Counted from the first letter of the stretch, positions 49,723 through 63,030 are shown. The stretch: 64,000 nt of DNA from Azolla caroliniana (GCA_043228905.1 JBHGNT010000010.1:14756001-14820000); one strand, 5' to 3'. The notes: a model not told the origin generated them from the letters alone. A program made the numbers and translations.

Positions 49723-51996
49723 TTTGGTCACGAGAAAGCTATTATATGGCCGATTAGCTTTGTATGGAATGGAGAAAAAAAGAAGAGTTAGAGAGTAAGA
49801 ATGATGCAATGGCTATATACCTTTACCTTTTAAAGATTATTGGCACTACTTGTGACTTTGATGGAAAAAAAGGTTTGGCATATACAAAAGCAAAAGCAAA
49901 AGAAGATGGCAAAGGAAATGGAATCACAAAGGAAGGGAAAATGCAAAAGAGAAGCATGAAGGAAAAAGGAAAACATATATTGATTCATGTGTAGAAAGTG
50001 GGTTATCTTGGCCGGTCTCCGAAAACACCATTCATTCCTTCTTTTATGCTCTTGTGCATTGCCGATTCGGTCATTGCACTTGAAATCTTTGTACAAAAGC
50101 TTTATTTCTTGAGGTAAACATTGAAGTCTTAACCTCCTTGATTGGACTTTGATGACTTCTTATATTTCTCATTGTGTCATGCACCCCCACTCACCCATAG
50201 ATGTTATGTGTGTATATATTTTTATGTGTGGGTGTCCGTGGTGTTTAGTGTTGTTAAACTTGTCATTAATACTATAAGATTGATTTGGAGGAGGCAATGG
50301 AGTTGTATCTATGTATTTGTTGTTTTTTAATTGTTTTCTCTAGCTATTACTTTTCCTTTTCTCCACATGGCATGTACACCCATTGTGTTCCATTTGCACA
50401 TGTAGAGAACCTTAAAGAAAAACTTTACGTGTGAATGGACATATTATCCATGCCATGAGAATTTTGGAACTAATAACATTGTGAGCAAAATCTGAAAATC
50501 AATCAATGATCCACGAGTGTTGCATGAAATGAGCCGATGTAATTGAAACAACTGCTTCCTCTAATGCTAAATGATGTTTTTTCTATATTAACATCAATGT
50601 TTATTTTTGCAATTTACCACATAGGTTATTACATATTCTCTCCTTTTCTTTTATTGTAGTTAGCTTACTCTATTGGTAAGTTGTTATATATATATATATA
50701 TATATAAGTTAGCCTTAATTATGGAAGACATTTAGATTGATTCAATGTGAATAATTATAAAACATATAAATCTAACTATTTTTTAGCATCATGTATCGAT
50801 ATAACACTATAAAGGGCATATATAACAAATGCACACACATATATATGAATGTATTAATATCGATTTTTTATCTTTCATTGAATTTAGGGTAGCTTTAATT
50901 AAGATTCCTCCTTTAGCAGAAGTGACTAAACTAGAGTGTATCATGTATGTCATGCCCTCTATTCACATAATTAGTATTGTGTTTTAGTGTGATTCTCGAG
51001 CTTCCATTTCTTTTGCTCTCGCCACTATGACTAATGAATTAGTCATCCGAAAATAAGTTAGGAAGTTAAAAATATAAACACGAAGAAACTAACGTTTGAT
51101 CCACATGAAAAGCTTACTTGTAGAGAAGTTTCCACTTTTCACTAAGAGAAGCTAATCCTTGTTGAACTCCTTAATATTGACGAGATTCCCAAGATTTTAG
51201 ATTAGAAATTCAATAGTTTTAAGAGGATAGATCAACGAAATTTATTTGGAAGATGGAAACATAAGCGACTTGTAAGTCATTGCTTTTGCACCTTTCCGAC
51301 ACTCTCAAAGGAATTTGCACCCATGTATCCTGCTTTGGTTCTACCCCAAATTCAAGTATATGAATCCCAATATCAAGGCTCAACACTTATAATGATACCA
51401 TATAGAGCATTGTGTGGAATTGTTGCTTCTCACTTGTTTCATGACGAGTGGGTATCCCATGCATACTCATACTCCATCCCACACTCTCATTTAACCAAGC
51501 ACGAATAACGATCATCAACACATTAATAATCAATCACCGAAATTTGGCTTCATAACCCAACTTCCCACCATGTTTCTATATGTTGTTGAAAACTTATTAT
51601 TTTATGGTACATGAGAAATACTTTTGAATACGAGTTTTTTCATGTCTTGATAATATTTGTTTTTCATGTATTCACAGTTTCTCTCTCAACGATTTTGGGT
51701 GCTTGTTTTATGCATGATGTACTAGGCAATATATTGTAAAAAATTGTGAAAGTTTATAAAGTGGACATCAAAATGACCAGACTAAAATGTATGATGGTTA
51801 TTGGCACGTTTGGTCAATACTTGGCACATTTTAGGTCAATATTGGTTTGTCCAACCTAAGCATGCTAAAAAAAACAACGGATAATTTTTTGCCATAGAAA
51901 ACGGGACGTATGGCTTGACATTCAATTTGAACTATAGGGTCCAATGTACTGTCATGATCAACCAATAAACATGATATCTACACTATTGCAAAAAAT

Positions 51997-52397
51997 ATAT
52001 CCCGTGGTAAGATTGTACCGTAGTATTCTATACACGTGGATAAAGTGTGAGGGTTAAACGAGAGTGTAAAGAAGGGAAGGATTACTTTTAATACTTGGGA
52101 TTGAGACAACCCATTAAGGTCAAGTGTGAACTTGCATGGGGGCCTTAGGTCTGGCTATAAATATGAGGCCTATTTGGGACCTCTTGACTACGTCGAGACT
52201 CTGTCCTTGTGGTGGATCAACTCTTATAGCGAGCGTGCCAGTACCAGGTATGGGACACGAATCGAGGCTCGAGTTCGTCTCAATCCCTTCGCTCGGGGAT
52301 GGTCGAGTGGATTGACACCCTTCTTTCTCTCTCTCCTTTCTATTTATCTATCCATTAATTCCTTATCATATGCTTACATTAGGATCTAGGTCTAACA
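51997..52397 (+). mobile_element. LTR-like sequence missing its first ~20 nt
   Basis: Ends ...gtctaaCA and contains ctataaat. Its 5' part continues the tgttacgggcatgaccatata terminus seen in the 42869 element, which would give TGTTA...TAACA ends. Confidence 0.55.
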
Positions 52398-52926
52398 CCA
52401 CCAATGTAAGAAGTGCTACAAAGTTTCATAAGTTGTTTGCCCAACTTATGTCATTGCCAAGTATTTTGTACCTCATCAAGGTTTTTTGTCTTGATGTTCA
52501 ATCTAAATTTGGCATAATGTAACCAAACATCGCCATCCATGAACTAAATATTTTAAATTCGTATCCCCCTTTGGAGCCAATGCTTTTGTGCCACATAAGC
52601 ATAGATAATACGAAAAGGGACAAGTTATGGATAAGGCAAACATAACACAGAAATGGGCCCATGTGATCATCAAAACAAGAAAGTATTGACTTTTTTCGAG
52701 TGTTCTTAGTACAAATGTGCAATAACGTGACAAAGATAAGACCATAGTTTTTTATTTTTTGCAAAGCCCACAGTTTCTCTTCTCTCTCTCTCTCTTTCCG
52801 AAACTCGTGATGGACAAAGGAATATCGATTTTGGCTTAAGATGTTTCACACTAGCATCGATTTCGTGCCGAGATGTTCATACGAGCTCGATACCAATGGT
52901 TTCGCGGAGGCCCACCTGGGGCACAT

Positions 52927-52939
52927 TCTCTCTCATTCA

Positions 52940-53031
<92 letters not shown>
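52927..53031. repeat. Compound (TC)n-(AC)n-(TC)n microsatellite
   Basis: Directly visible. Confidence 0.95.
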
Positions 53032-53033
<2 letters not shown>

Positions 53034-53483
53034 ATCGAAGCATGGTGGGCCAGGCGAAACGGAAGCCTCGACACACACAGACACACACACGCTAGGATAA
53101 CGGAGCTGACAAGAGGGTTGAGGCGGGCCAATTTTTGTTAAGCCGACCGATGATGTCCCGTCGTCCCCTGCCCCCCGCCGAGCTTCTCTTATGGGTCTCT
53201 GTGTGGTCTATCTCTTGGGAGAAGGAGCTATAAGGGTGGCTCTTGTTTTGGTGCCCACAGGAAAGCACGCAATTTAGAGAAAAAAGGAAAAGGAATTTAA
53301 GAAGAAGAAGAAGAAGAAACAGGGGCCAGATGTATATGTACTTATTATGTATGTATGTATATATAGTGTATATGAAGAAGGAAGGAAACAGAGCATTCTC
53401 TCTGTTCCTTCTTATCCACCACACCTTTCATACATACTGATACAATACATACCCACATAATACACAGAGCCCCCCCCACCCCA

Positions 53484-55643
53484 ATGGATTTCTCTCTGCT
53501 CTCTCATCTTCCTTCTCCTCCTCCTCTATCCATCTCTTTTCCTAAACATTCTTCTTCTCGTCTTTTCATTTACTGTCAGAACCCTTCTTCTTCATCTTCT
53601 TCTTCTCCATCTTCTTCTTCTTCTTCTTCTTCTTCTCCATCTATGCCTCAAATGGAGCCATTCAATCGCAGCAGGCTCAATCGCCTAATTCCTGAACCAT
53701 CCCTGCTCGAGAAGGCAGAACACGCCATCGCTGGTAATTAATTCCGGAACGTTTTCTTTTCCTTGTCCTGTTTTCACAGATTTTGGCATTTTTTTTTTTT
53801 GTTGCTCTTGGTATTTTTCTTCTTCTTGTTTTAGCCAAACTCTGCATCTGTTGTTGATTTCTGCATTTTCCGCCGTTTTTTCTTCGTCTTGTAATTCTCT
53901 GTGTTCGTCGTCGTCGTCGTCGTCGATGTTGTTGTTACTGTTCTTATTTCTGAAACACAGTCCATTTTGTTTTCTTTACTTGTCATTTGCTTGCGTTTCC
54001 TTTACCTTCAGTTTTCTTCTGTTTTGTGTGCAGATCGATGCAGTATTCTGGAAGGAGATGAAGCATACAATTGTTGGGAGGCTCTCTTCGAGTTCGAGAA
54101 AATGAAGGTAGGAAATGGTGGAAACAACCATTCTTTTCCATTTTTTTGTATATAAATTAGATAGATAGAGAGATGGAGAGCTTGTAAATGGGAACTTCTA
54201 GAATCTTTGAGAAAGAGAAAGGAGATAAAGAGGAAGAAGACGAAGATGGAACCAAAACTTTCATACGAAAAGGATGTTAGAAATGATGATCTTGGATATC
54301 AGAACGCTACTAAAACAAAGACTAACTTTGATATGGGAACTACTAGAAGGTAAGAAGAAGAAAATGCCATTTCTCTAAGCAAGAAAATGATGATTTTGGA
54401 GATCTGAACTGTTTTGATCATGGAGATCTGACAAAGAAACCAAAAGGAGGAGGAGATGATGATGAAGAAGAATGGTGGATTCATATTAGCATCAGAGAAG
54501 ATTGATGGAAACAGAGCCATAGAAGAGTGAAGATTAAGGAACATTTAACAACATATCAGTAGCATTCTAGAAGAGTGATATCGATAGAGATGGAATCGTA
54601 TTAGCAGCCCAAAAGTGCAAGGATTAAGCACAACATATTAGCCTCCTGGAAGAGCAAGATGGATTCATATTAGCATTCTAGTAGCATCCTAGAAGAGTGA
54701 AGATTAAGGAACATTTAACAACATATCAGTAGCATTCTAGAAGAGTGATATCAATAGAGATGGAATCGTATTAGTAGCCCAAAAGTGCAAGGATTAAGCA
54801 CAACATATTAGCCTCCTGGAAGAGCGAGATGATACTAGCTTGTATAGATAGATATTTAGCATCCATAGAGAGGCCAATATTGGCCCATAGGACCTAAGTA
54901 CAAAAGCTATCTTGATGTGTGTCTTCTCCCTAAGAAGGGATTATTATTCATACTTTGAAGCACCAAGTCTCGATGTGTGAATAAGGCATACACATATGAG
55001 CCCAACCTTCTAGGTCTTATCTTTAGTGTGATACTCAAGTCATCACCCCCCTCTTAATATATCATCACAAGTGATATTCATCCTCTACTAGCCCTTCTTT
55101 TGCATACCTTACATGTCTTTATATTTGGCTGATTTTGATTCCATAATGCAACTTCAATACCTAGGTTGTGTGAAGGAGTGTTAGAGCTCAATGAGAGTTA
55201 ATACTCATGTTAGTAATGAAAGGGGGGGGGGTTGTGAGGGACAAAGAGCTATGTGGTAGACATTTATGGTTATTTGAATGCAGCATGAATGCACGGAAAA
55301 GTGCGATATTGCTTCATCTAAGGATAAATCCACAGCCTGTGAACCATTGGATCGCCTCGGGAACCTAGTTCGACAATCAGAAGGAGTGGCGACATTGATT
55401 GATAATGTTCTAATGTTGAGCAAAGCTAAGGAAATCCATCAAAAGGCACCTGGAGAAAAAACTGCTACACCCGAGGACAAGGAGAAGAAAGTGCATTTCT
55501 TTCCGGAACCGGATTCGTTGCCTCCAACAAAGGAGGATTTGGAGCTTCAAGAAAGTGCTAGAATGCCAGAGTCTCCTTTCACGAGAGTGTTGAGGAAGAT
55601 GGGTAGCCATTCATCTCCCTACCAAGATTGTGAACCGTTCTGA
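53484..55643 (+). CDS. CBP1: CCG-binding protein 1 / MEE14-like protein, 227 aa, 3 exons, Ser/Pro-rich transit-like N-terminus
   Basis: Exons 53484-53733, 54034-54107 and 55284-55643 (684 nt, GT-AG, in phase). PQMEPFNRSRLNR...PSLLEKAEHAIADRCSILEGDEAYNCWEALFE...LVRQSEGVATLI matches my recollection of the CBP1/MEE14 core (PKLEPFSRS...DYCSTLEGDDSYSCWRAYFEL...QTGGLKSLI). Confidence 0.8.
54400..54835. repeat. Dispersed repeat in CBP1 intron 2, internally duplicated, with a second copy at about 62120-62325
   Basis: ggaggagatgatga.gaagaagaatggtggattcatatta.catcagagaagattgatggaaacagagcc is shared. The agaagagtgaagattaaggaacattt... block occurs twice (about 54520 and 54691). Confidence 0.8.
54855..55210 (-). 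mobile_element. 3' fragment of an RTE/L2-like LINE in CBP1 intron 2
   Basis: Colinear and clearly similar to 56535-56922, which encodes the LINE C-terminal domain. Confidence 0.65.
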
Positions 55644-56534
55644 CAGACAAGATAATCGATTCTGGGTGTCCTTCTTTGAGAGAAGTCTTAAGTTTTGAGT
55701 ACAATGAAAGAAAGAAAAATATGGTTTTTTGCTTAGAGACAAAGCTAATGCTGATTGTAAATAGGAGAGCTGCTTAAAATTATTTGCACTACCTTGTTTT
55801 CTCATAGCCAAGTTTTTATTGATTGTAAATAGGAGAGCTTTTGCACTTCTTGCAATAGATTGTATATAATGAATGCAATACATGTAAAATTCAAACAAAA
55901 TGTACATACATTGTTCTGTCCTCTCTCGAGATAGACCTAAATAGACTCGTCTATGGTTAGTGGAGGATCTAACGCCATGTTCATAGGATTGTGATGTATG
56001 ACTTTGCCAACTTCCATCATGAACCTCCCCAAGTGAAACTGTTACAAAGTTTGTCTATGGGCACCAATGTAAATGTGGTAAAGGAAACTCTAATATGTGA
56101 GTATATGGGGTTGTAAGACATTCTATGAAAGAGTGTGGAGTCCACAACCTTTTCTTGGTGTATCAGGTAGTAGTAGTAAACCAAGTAGAGTTTATGGTCA
56201 AAACTTTGCATGCACAAGTAAACTCTAGAGTGATGGGATGGAGTCATGCCACATTGGATCATAAAGGTTGCTTTTTAAGTATGTTTTGGCCAGGAGACAA
56301 GAAAAGGTAAGCTTGTGCGCGTACTTATTTTTCCCTTATGGTTCAAACTAATGGTAAGGATCACAACTTGTGATGAGTTTTTGTTCAGATTTACACCCAA
56401 ATAGATTAAATTGATTAAGACCACACATGAATCAAAAGTGCGAGGGATGAGTTTTGGTTTAGATTTACATGAACAAAATGAATTAATTAAGGGCACATGG
56501 GTTGTGCAAATGTGATTGGATTAGATATTTTTTA

Positions 56535-57180
56535 GTGTCCATAGAGAGGCAATATTTACCCATGGGACCTAAGTACACAACTTTCTTAATGTGTGTCTCT
56601 TCTTAAGAAGGGATATTCATACTTCAAAGCGTAAAGTCTTGTGTGTGAATAAGGCATATACAAATGAGCTCAACCTTCTAGGTGTTCTCTTTAGTGTGGC
56701 ACTGCAAGTCATCACCTCTTAATATGTCATAATTGCTTTCACGAATTGCACTATATGTGGAGCATGTAAAAAGCCATTGATACTCATCCTCTATTAGCCT
56801 TCCTCACATACCTTAATTGCGTTTATGGCTAATGGGGTTTGATGCCATTATGCAACTTTAAGACCTAGGTTGTGCGATTGAGTACGAAGGCGTGTTAGGG
56901 CTCTACGAGAGTTAATACTCATTTAGTAAGTTTTCTTGCCTTTTGAATCCAACAATTAAGGTTGACCTTTACAACATAATATTCTAATTTATCCTTTTAG
57001 CATCTTCCCATTCGAAAGCATTAACCTTTTCTTAATGACTACATATTTTATAACATCATTTGAAAGGTCTAAGAGATCTTCTACAACCCATCTTATGAAC
57101 CATTTTTTGATGTCAACTACCAACTAGATGGGATATTTTTTCTCTTATGATTTTTGTCGCTCACATCCAACATTCCAACC
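56535..57180 (-). mobile_element. 3' fragment of an RTE/L2-like LINE
   Basis: Minus strand from 56921 reads MSINSRRALTRLRTQSHNLGLKVA*W and, after a frameshift, IEDEYQWLFTCSTYSAIR. Same signature as ORF 3208-3699. Confidence 0.65.
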
Positions 57181-57198
57181 AAGATGTGGTAATCTATG

Positions 57199-57396
57199 TG
57201 TTGAGAATCAAGCTCAACTTGTGTGAACACGTGCTTCTGAAGAAAAGGACGATGTGTGAAAAAGTGTGTGAGCACACTTTATTGTAATCCGTGCAATTGT
57301 CAAGTGTTAATGTGGTCAAAGAATATTAGATATTCTTATGACAAAATCGTACTCAAGTGGATATCTTGGTTAGATTGCACCAACACATTTAATATG

Positions 57397-57439
<43 letters not shown>

Positions 57440-60400
57440 AAGAGTTAGATTCTTTACATGGTATCAGAGCGCGAGGGTTAGAGATCCTTCACTAAGCTCT
57501 ACCATTGAAAACGCATGAGCAGTTAGAGACGCAGTTTTAAAACCTGCCATCGTCGTTGTAGTGTTGCACAACAAGAAGCTCACGTTAACATGACCATACA
57601 AATCAAGCCAAATCAGAAAAATGAATGCATAGATGGGTAGCGCACTTCCAACAGAGAAGTTGGACATGCACAACTACACATCTTGGGAATATAAGATGCA
57701 ACAATCTTGGGAATATAAGAGGCAAGGGTATTGGAGTTATATCGAGGGAGCTCAAGAAACAACCCCCAATATTACAAATCCTAACTACCCCACATGGTAG
57801 CAAGGCGCTAGTAGGGTGATGTATTGTTTGGCAATATGTGTGCAAGATCACATGCTAAGCTATATTCGTGATGCGAAATGCATACTAGATGGGTAGCGCA
57901 CTTCCAACAGAGAAGTTGGACATGCACAACTACACATCTTGGGAATATAAGATGCAACAATCTTGGGAATATAAGAGGCAAGGGTATTGGAGTTATATCG
58001 AGGGAGCTCAAGAAACAACCCCCAATATTACAAATCCTAACTACCCCACATGGTAGCAAGGCGCTAGTAGGGTGATGTATTGTTTGGCAATATGTGTGCA
58101 AGATCACATGCTAAGCTATATTCGTGATGCGAAAGCCCCAACAAAAGCGTGGAAAAACATGAAGAAGATTTTTGTGACTTCAACCATAGCGAGAAAACTT
58201 CAACTCCAGCAGGAGTTGAACAATATTCGGCAGGGGGATATGGCAATTGATGATGACGAGATGGTGCATATCTGCCTTGGCAAAAATATGGCTCATTTTG
58301 AACTGCCATAACAACAAGGGAGAACCCCCAAGCTTTTTTGACTTGCAATCCATGCTAATGGTTGAGGAGAACCATACACAGTTGAAAAGCACGACATTTG
58401 ATGGCCATATGCTATATACACATGATGATCTTGGTCGAGGTCATGGTCATGGTCATGAAAACCGGGGGAGGAATGGCCAAGGAAGAGGTGGACCGACGAT
58501 GTCCACAACAGTTTAATTCTAGGCAGCAAGAAGGTCGAAACAACCGAGGGAATTCCGGCAAAAAAGGGAGCTTCCACCAACATGCATCAACCAGGCAGAA
58601 CCATAAAACTGAATGTTGGTATTGTGGAAAGCCTGGCCACTTTGAAGCCGAGTGTCGGAAGAAGAAGAATGACTCAGCTGCCTCACCCCGATAGCAAACA
58701 AACTATGCTATGATGGCTGACCTAGAAAACAAAGGGCCGATGTTTGTTATGCGACATCGGACGAATAACATGATAACAAGTGTTTCCCAACCTGATGATG
58801 TATGGTTCGTGGACTCAAGTGCCTCAAATCACATGACAAGTCATCAAGAATGGTTCATGAATTTGAGGGAACCCGAGAGACCCGGTGTGGTGGAGATTGA
58901 TGATGACTCCAGACACATGATTGAGCACGTTGGAGATGTGGCCCTTAACAATCACGACAACAAGGGCTACATGGAGGATATACTGCATGTCTCAACAATC
59001 ACAAAGAATTTGGTCTCAGTTGGCCAAATTGTCGAACAAGGAATGCAAGTGCGATTCAACCTGGAAGGTTGATTCATCGAGGATAAGGGCCAACCTATCG
59101 CTCATGCAAGAAGAGAAGGTCACATGTTTATTCTTGATGCGACTAAGGTGAAACAACAATGTATGCAAAGGGTCTCAAGGCTGAGTCTGATATCGAGTTG
59201 TGGCACAAAAGGGTTGGCCATGTAAACCTCGATAAACTCTGATCAATGCAAACAAAAGGGGCTGTGTATGGATTGACACAATTTACTTCGAAACATCCTG
59301 ATAATGTATGTGAGGCATGCCAACGAGGCAAGCAACATAGGCATCCATTCCTAAGCGAAAGAAATATGCGTAAAGGCTTGCTGGACGTCATCCACTTAGA
59401 TATATGGGGCGCAACTCAAACAATGACATTTGGTGGGCGTAGGTAGTTCGTTACCTTCATTGACGACTATTCGCGACATACCTGGATATGCCCGATGAAG
59501 TCGAAAAGTGAGGTCTTCTCCCACTTTCTCAAGTTAAAGACCGGTTTATCCACTTAGATATATGGGGCGCAACTCAAACAATGACAATTGGTGGGCATAG
59601 GTAGTTCGTTACCTTCATTGACGACTATTCGCAACATACTTGGATATGCCCGATGGAGTCGAAAAGTGAGGTCTTCTCCCACTTTATCAAGTTAAAGAAT
59701 TGCGTGGAGAATGAGACGAATCGCAAGGTTCGATGCTTATGGTGTGATGGTGGCTAAGAATACTTCTCAATCGAGTTCAAGGCCTTTCTAGAAGAGAAGG
59801 GGATTCGCCGGGAATTCTCTTGCTCGTACACACAATAGTAAAACGGTGTTGCTGAGCGGAAGAATCGCACAATTATTGAGATGTCCCGTTGTCGTGAAAA
59901 TCCGTTACTATGTGCGGATTGTGAGGCGTAACTGCCAGGGTTCTAGACCGGAAGGATTTGAAGTTTGTACTAGCTTTAACGATAAAGTATTTAAGATAGA
60001 TTGAGAGAGATTGATATAGAGAAAGAGAGAGATTGAGATAAAGATTAAACGCTTAACTTTAGATTTGAGAGACAAGATACATCAACAATAGGATAGCAAG
60101 TTTCTTATTTTTCCCAAATTTTTCATTAGCCTCCTCTTGCTTGATTCCTCCACTCTTTTATAGATGCCCCCATGCATATGGTGCATGTGAGGGTGCAAGA
60201 CATGCACGTAATACATGTTTGCCATGTCATCATCTAAGCTCTCATGTATGAGAATTTACATGTAAAATGATCAAAGTAAAACTTTTGAAGATATGACTTG
60301 GCTTAGTGGTAAGCCTATTGACTTTCAACTTGGAGGTGCAAGGTTCAAATTTTTACTTGCACCCCTTTGTATACAAATTTTCTTTTTACTAGGCTTTTTA

Positions 60401-62008
60401 GTCTTGTTTTTACAAATGTTTAAGTGCATATTACACCTTCACTTGACCTCCAAAGAACTAGACGATTTTGTTCGTTTCACAACGGAAAAGTTCAAGACAT
60501 CGTGCGTCCGGTTTGCAACCCGAGCCGGTTTTGTCCAATCTCCATCCCGATCTGGTTTCGTAGTTGTCTGATCGCCATCCGGTTTCGTCGCCGTCCGTCC
60601 GTCGATCCGATCATCGGTTTCGTCGTCTTCCGTCCGCCGGTCTGGTGTCGTTTGCCTGTCCGGTTCCGTTTGGATTCGTCCAAAACCAATGAACTTGGCT
60701 GAATCCATTCGTCAAGTCATACAACTTAACCTTTCTATGCTCCAAACACGTAGATATATTTTGAAGAGATATTGGTATGGTTATATACTTTGGGATTCTT
60801 ATTTGTCCTGTCTATATGGGATATCTCACAGTTTTGTTTTTCTTTTCGTCTTCGCAATCTTCATACCCACATAACTTAACACTTAGTTGTCCGTTTCTTA
60901 TGTAGTAAAGTGAATTCGAAAGCTCTTAAAGACCTCCATCTTTTTGTACCAAGATATTAAACTTATTTAGAATAGTATCTTCACTATTATTGTTTCATAT
61001 CTTGTGAGAAGAACCACACTCAATTTTGTATGTTCCTCACAATTTACACACTATCGCCGAAAATCTTCACGACACCACGCCATGTTGCATGAAAAGAACA
61101 TGCCTAAGATCTATTGGGCAGAGGCAACAATTACTGCTATGTATCTCATCAATAGGTGCACGACCGAGGTGTCCATGACATCACCCCTCACGAGAAGTAT
61201 TTTGGGACAAAGCTAGACCTTTCACACTTGAAGGTTTTTGGCAGCATTGCATTTGTGCATGTACCCGATGAGAAGCGGAGAAAGCTTGACCCAAGGTCGG
61301 AGAAGATGATATTTGTTGGTTACTCACTTGAGCAAAAGGGTTAAAAGTGTTTTAATCCCATCACTCAACAATCACGAGTAAGACGAGACATGGTATTTGA
61401 TGAGGTGACATCATGGTATGACCCAACATCAGTGACCCTCGTCGTGCTCGAAACAAGCAGATCTGGAGCAGATTTTGAGAGTGAAGAAGAAGAGATGCTA
61501 ACGTCCATTATGGGTGGAGAACCAACAGAGAGTCTACCTGCACTCTAGCTGACTGGACTTGAGGTGTCATCCAACAATCAGAGTCTTGCACAACATGAAG
61601 AAACCTCTGATGTGGTGTCACCTTGGTTTACACCTGTAGAAAGAAAAAAAGGGCAAGATGCTTGAGAAAGAGGCCAAGGACATGACATCCGGTGAAGGCT
61701 CAAATCATTCATCCCGATCGGTTGATAGCAAGTATGAAATGAAGACGGCCTCGAAGGTGACCAAAGGAAAACTCCGTCAATCGAATCGACAAAAAAACCC
61801 GATAGTTAGGTTCGGGTACAATGATTACATGGCCCACCATTATGCATTCATGATGAAGGTCGTAGCAGACCAAGAACCCGAGACTTACAAAGAAGTTGCC
61901 CAAGATCCCCGGTGGATCGAGGCAATGAGGGAGGAGATGCGCGCATTGTTTGACAACGATACTTGGGATTTAGTCCCATCCTCTAAAATCATGAAAAAGC
62001 CAATTGGT
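57199..62008 (+). mobile_element. Decayed Ty1/Copia LTR retrotransposon (5' LTR, PBS, gag, protease, integrase, start of RT); 3' part lost
   Basis: LTR TG...CA 57199-57458 and PBS tggtatcagagc 57459-57470 (tRNA-iMet). Gag NYTSWEYKM, knuckle CWYCGKPGHFEAEC, protease WFVDSSASNHMT, integrase CEACQRGKQHR/HLDIWG/NGVAERKNRT, LKVFGS, RT start EPETYKE...WIEAMREEM...NDTWDLV. Stops, frameshifts and internal duplications. Confidence 0.95.
59890..61074. mobile_element. 1185-bp solo-LTR-like insertion nested in the Copia integrase
   Basis: Termini tgtcgtgaa...ttcacgaca (9-bp inverted). Removing it plus 4 nt restores integrase EMSRAMLHEKNMPKIYWAEA. Confidence 0.85.
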
Positions 62009-62277
62009 TCAGGAATTAGGCGATTAGCTTGTTGCGATTGAATGGCTCCATTCGAGGCATAGACAAAGAAGAGGAAGAAGAAGTTGAAGAAGAAGAAGGG
62101 TTCTGACAGTAAAGGAAAAGACGAGAAGAAGAATGCTTATGAAAAGAGATGGATAGAGGAGGAGGAGATGATGACGAAGAAGAATGGTGGATTCATATTA
62201 ACATCAGAGAAGATTGATGGAAACAGAGCCACTATAGCATCCTAGAAGAATGAGATTAAGGAACATTTAACATCATA

Positions 62278-62700
62278 TTAGTAGCATTCTAGAAGAGTGA
62301 TATCGATAGAGATGGAGCCGTATTCCTTTTCCTTCCTTCTCGCTTCCTCATTCAGGATGCTTGTCTTCACTGCTTGTAAAGACAAGTTCTCTTCTTGACA
62401 GGAGGTGCTGAGAGTAACCACCAGGTTCTCCCAACTATCCGACAATGCGCACATTAGTAGGATGGCTTGCATAACATCATCAAGGTAAAACTTGGTTGCA
62501 ACAAGTTGATTTACATACCCCATGAATGTGTTGATGTGTTCGACGATGCTCTCACCGTCTCTGTATTTCAATCGTACGATCTTTCTCATCAGTGAGATTT
62601 TATTGAGGGTGTTGTTCCTCTCATATAGACCTGACAACTTTTGTCACATCTCATGCGCATTCGTTTCGTTTGCCACATGTTGAAGGACAATTGCATCTTT
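62278..62700 (-). mobile_element. Gag fragment of a second (Tnt1-like) Copia family
   Basis: LYERNNTLNKISLMRKIVRLKYRDGESIVEHINTF...QAILLMCALSDSWENLVVTL (UBN2-type gag). Confidence 0.8.
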
Positions 62701-62809
62701 CACCTTTAGTTATCACAGTTATCAATCACCCGTACATCTCGTACAGTAACGCCAAGATGTTGATTCGTCGAAGGCAACATCACGGCTAACTCAAACTTGC
62801 TTTGACCGG

Positions 62810-63030
62810 TAGGGATTGGCAACGGTTCGGTTTAGGCTTAGCCGGTTTGGCCTGATCCAAGCCAAACCGGCTAAGCCTAAACCGTTTACGAGATCTCAAA
62901 CATGAGCCAAGCCGAGCCGAGCCGAGCCGGTTCACAAACCGGTTTAGCCTAAACCGGTTTAGCCTAAACCGGTTTGGTAAACGGCTTGTAAACCGGTTTC
63001 CAAACCGGCTTGTAAACCGGTTTAGAAACC
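62810..63030 (+). mobile_element. hAT-like transposon terminus with subterminal aaaccggttt array
   Basis: Begins tagggattggcaacggttcgg (hAT-type TAGGG terminus). Dense aaccgg/gccgagcc motifs and a perfect 24-bp hairpin 62828-62884. No matching other end seen. Confidence 0.6.

Noticed and set aside
52885-52895. PBS-like tggtatcgagc on the minus strand after ...aaacca
   Set aside because: One base short of the tRNA-Met PBS, with no definable LTR pair or gag downstream. It lies in the CBP1 upstream region.
54855-56922. ~350-bp direct repeats flanking CBP1 exon 3, suggesting an LTR or Pack-type capture
   Set aside because: No TG..CA ends, PBS or TSD. Both are minus-strand LINE 3' fragments and the second extends further.
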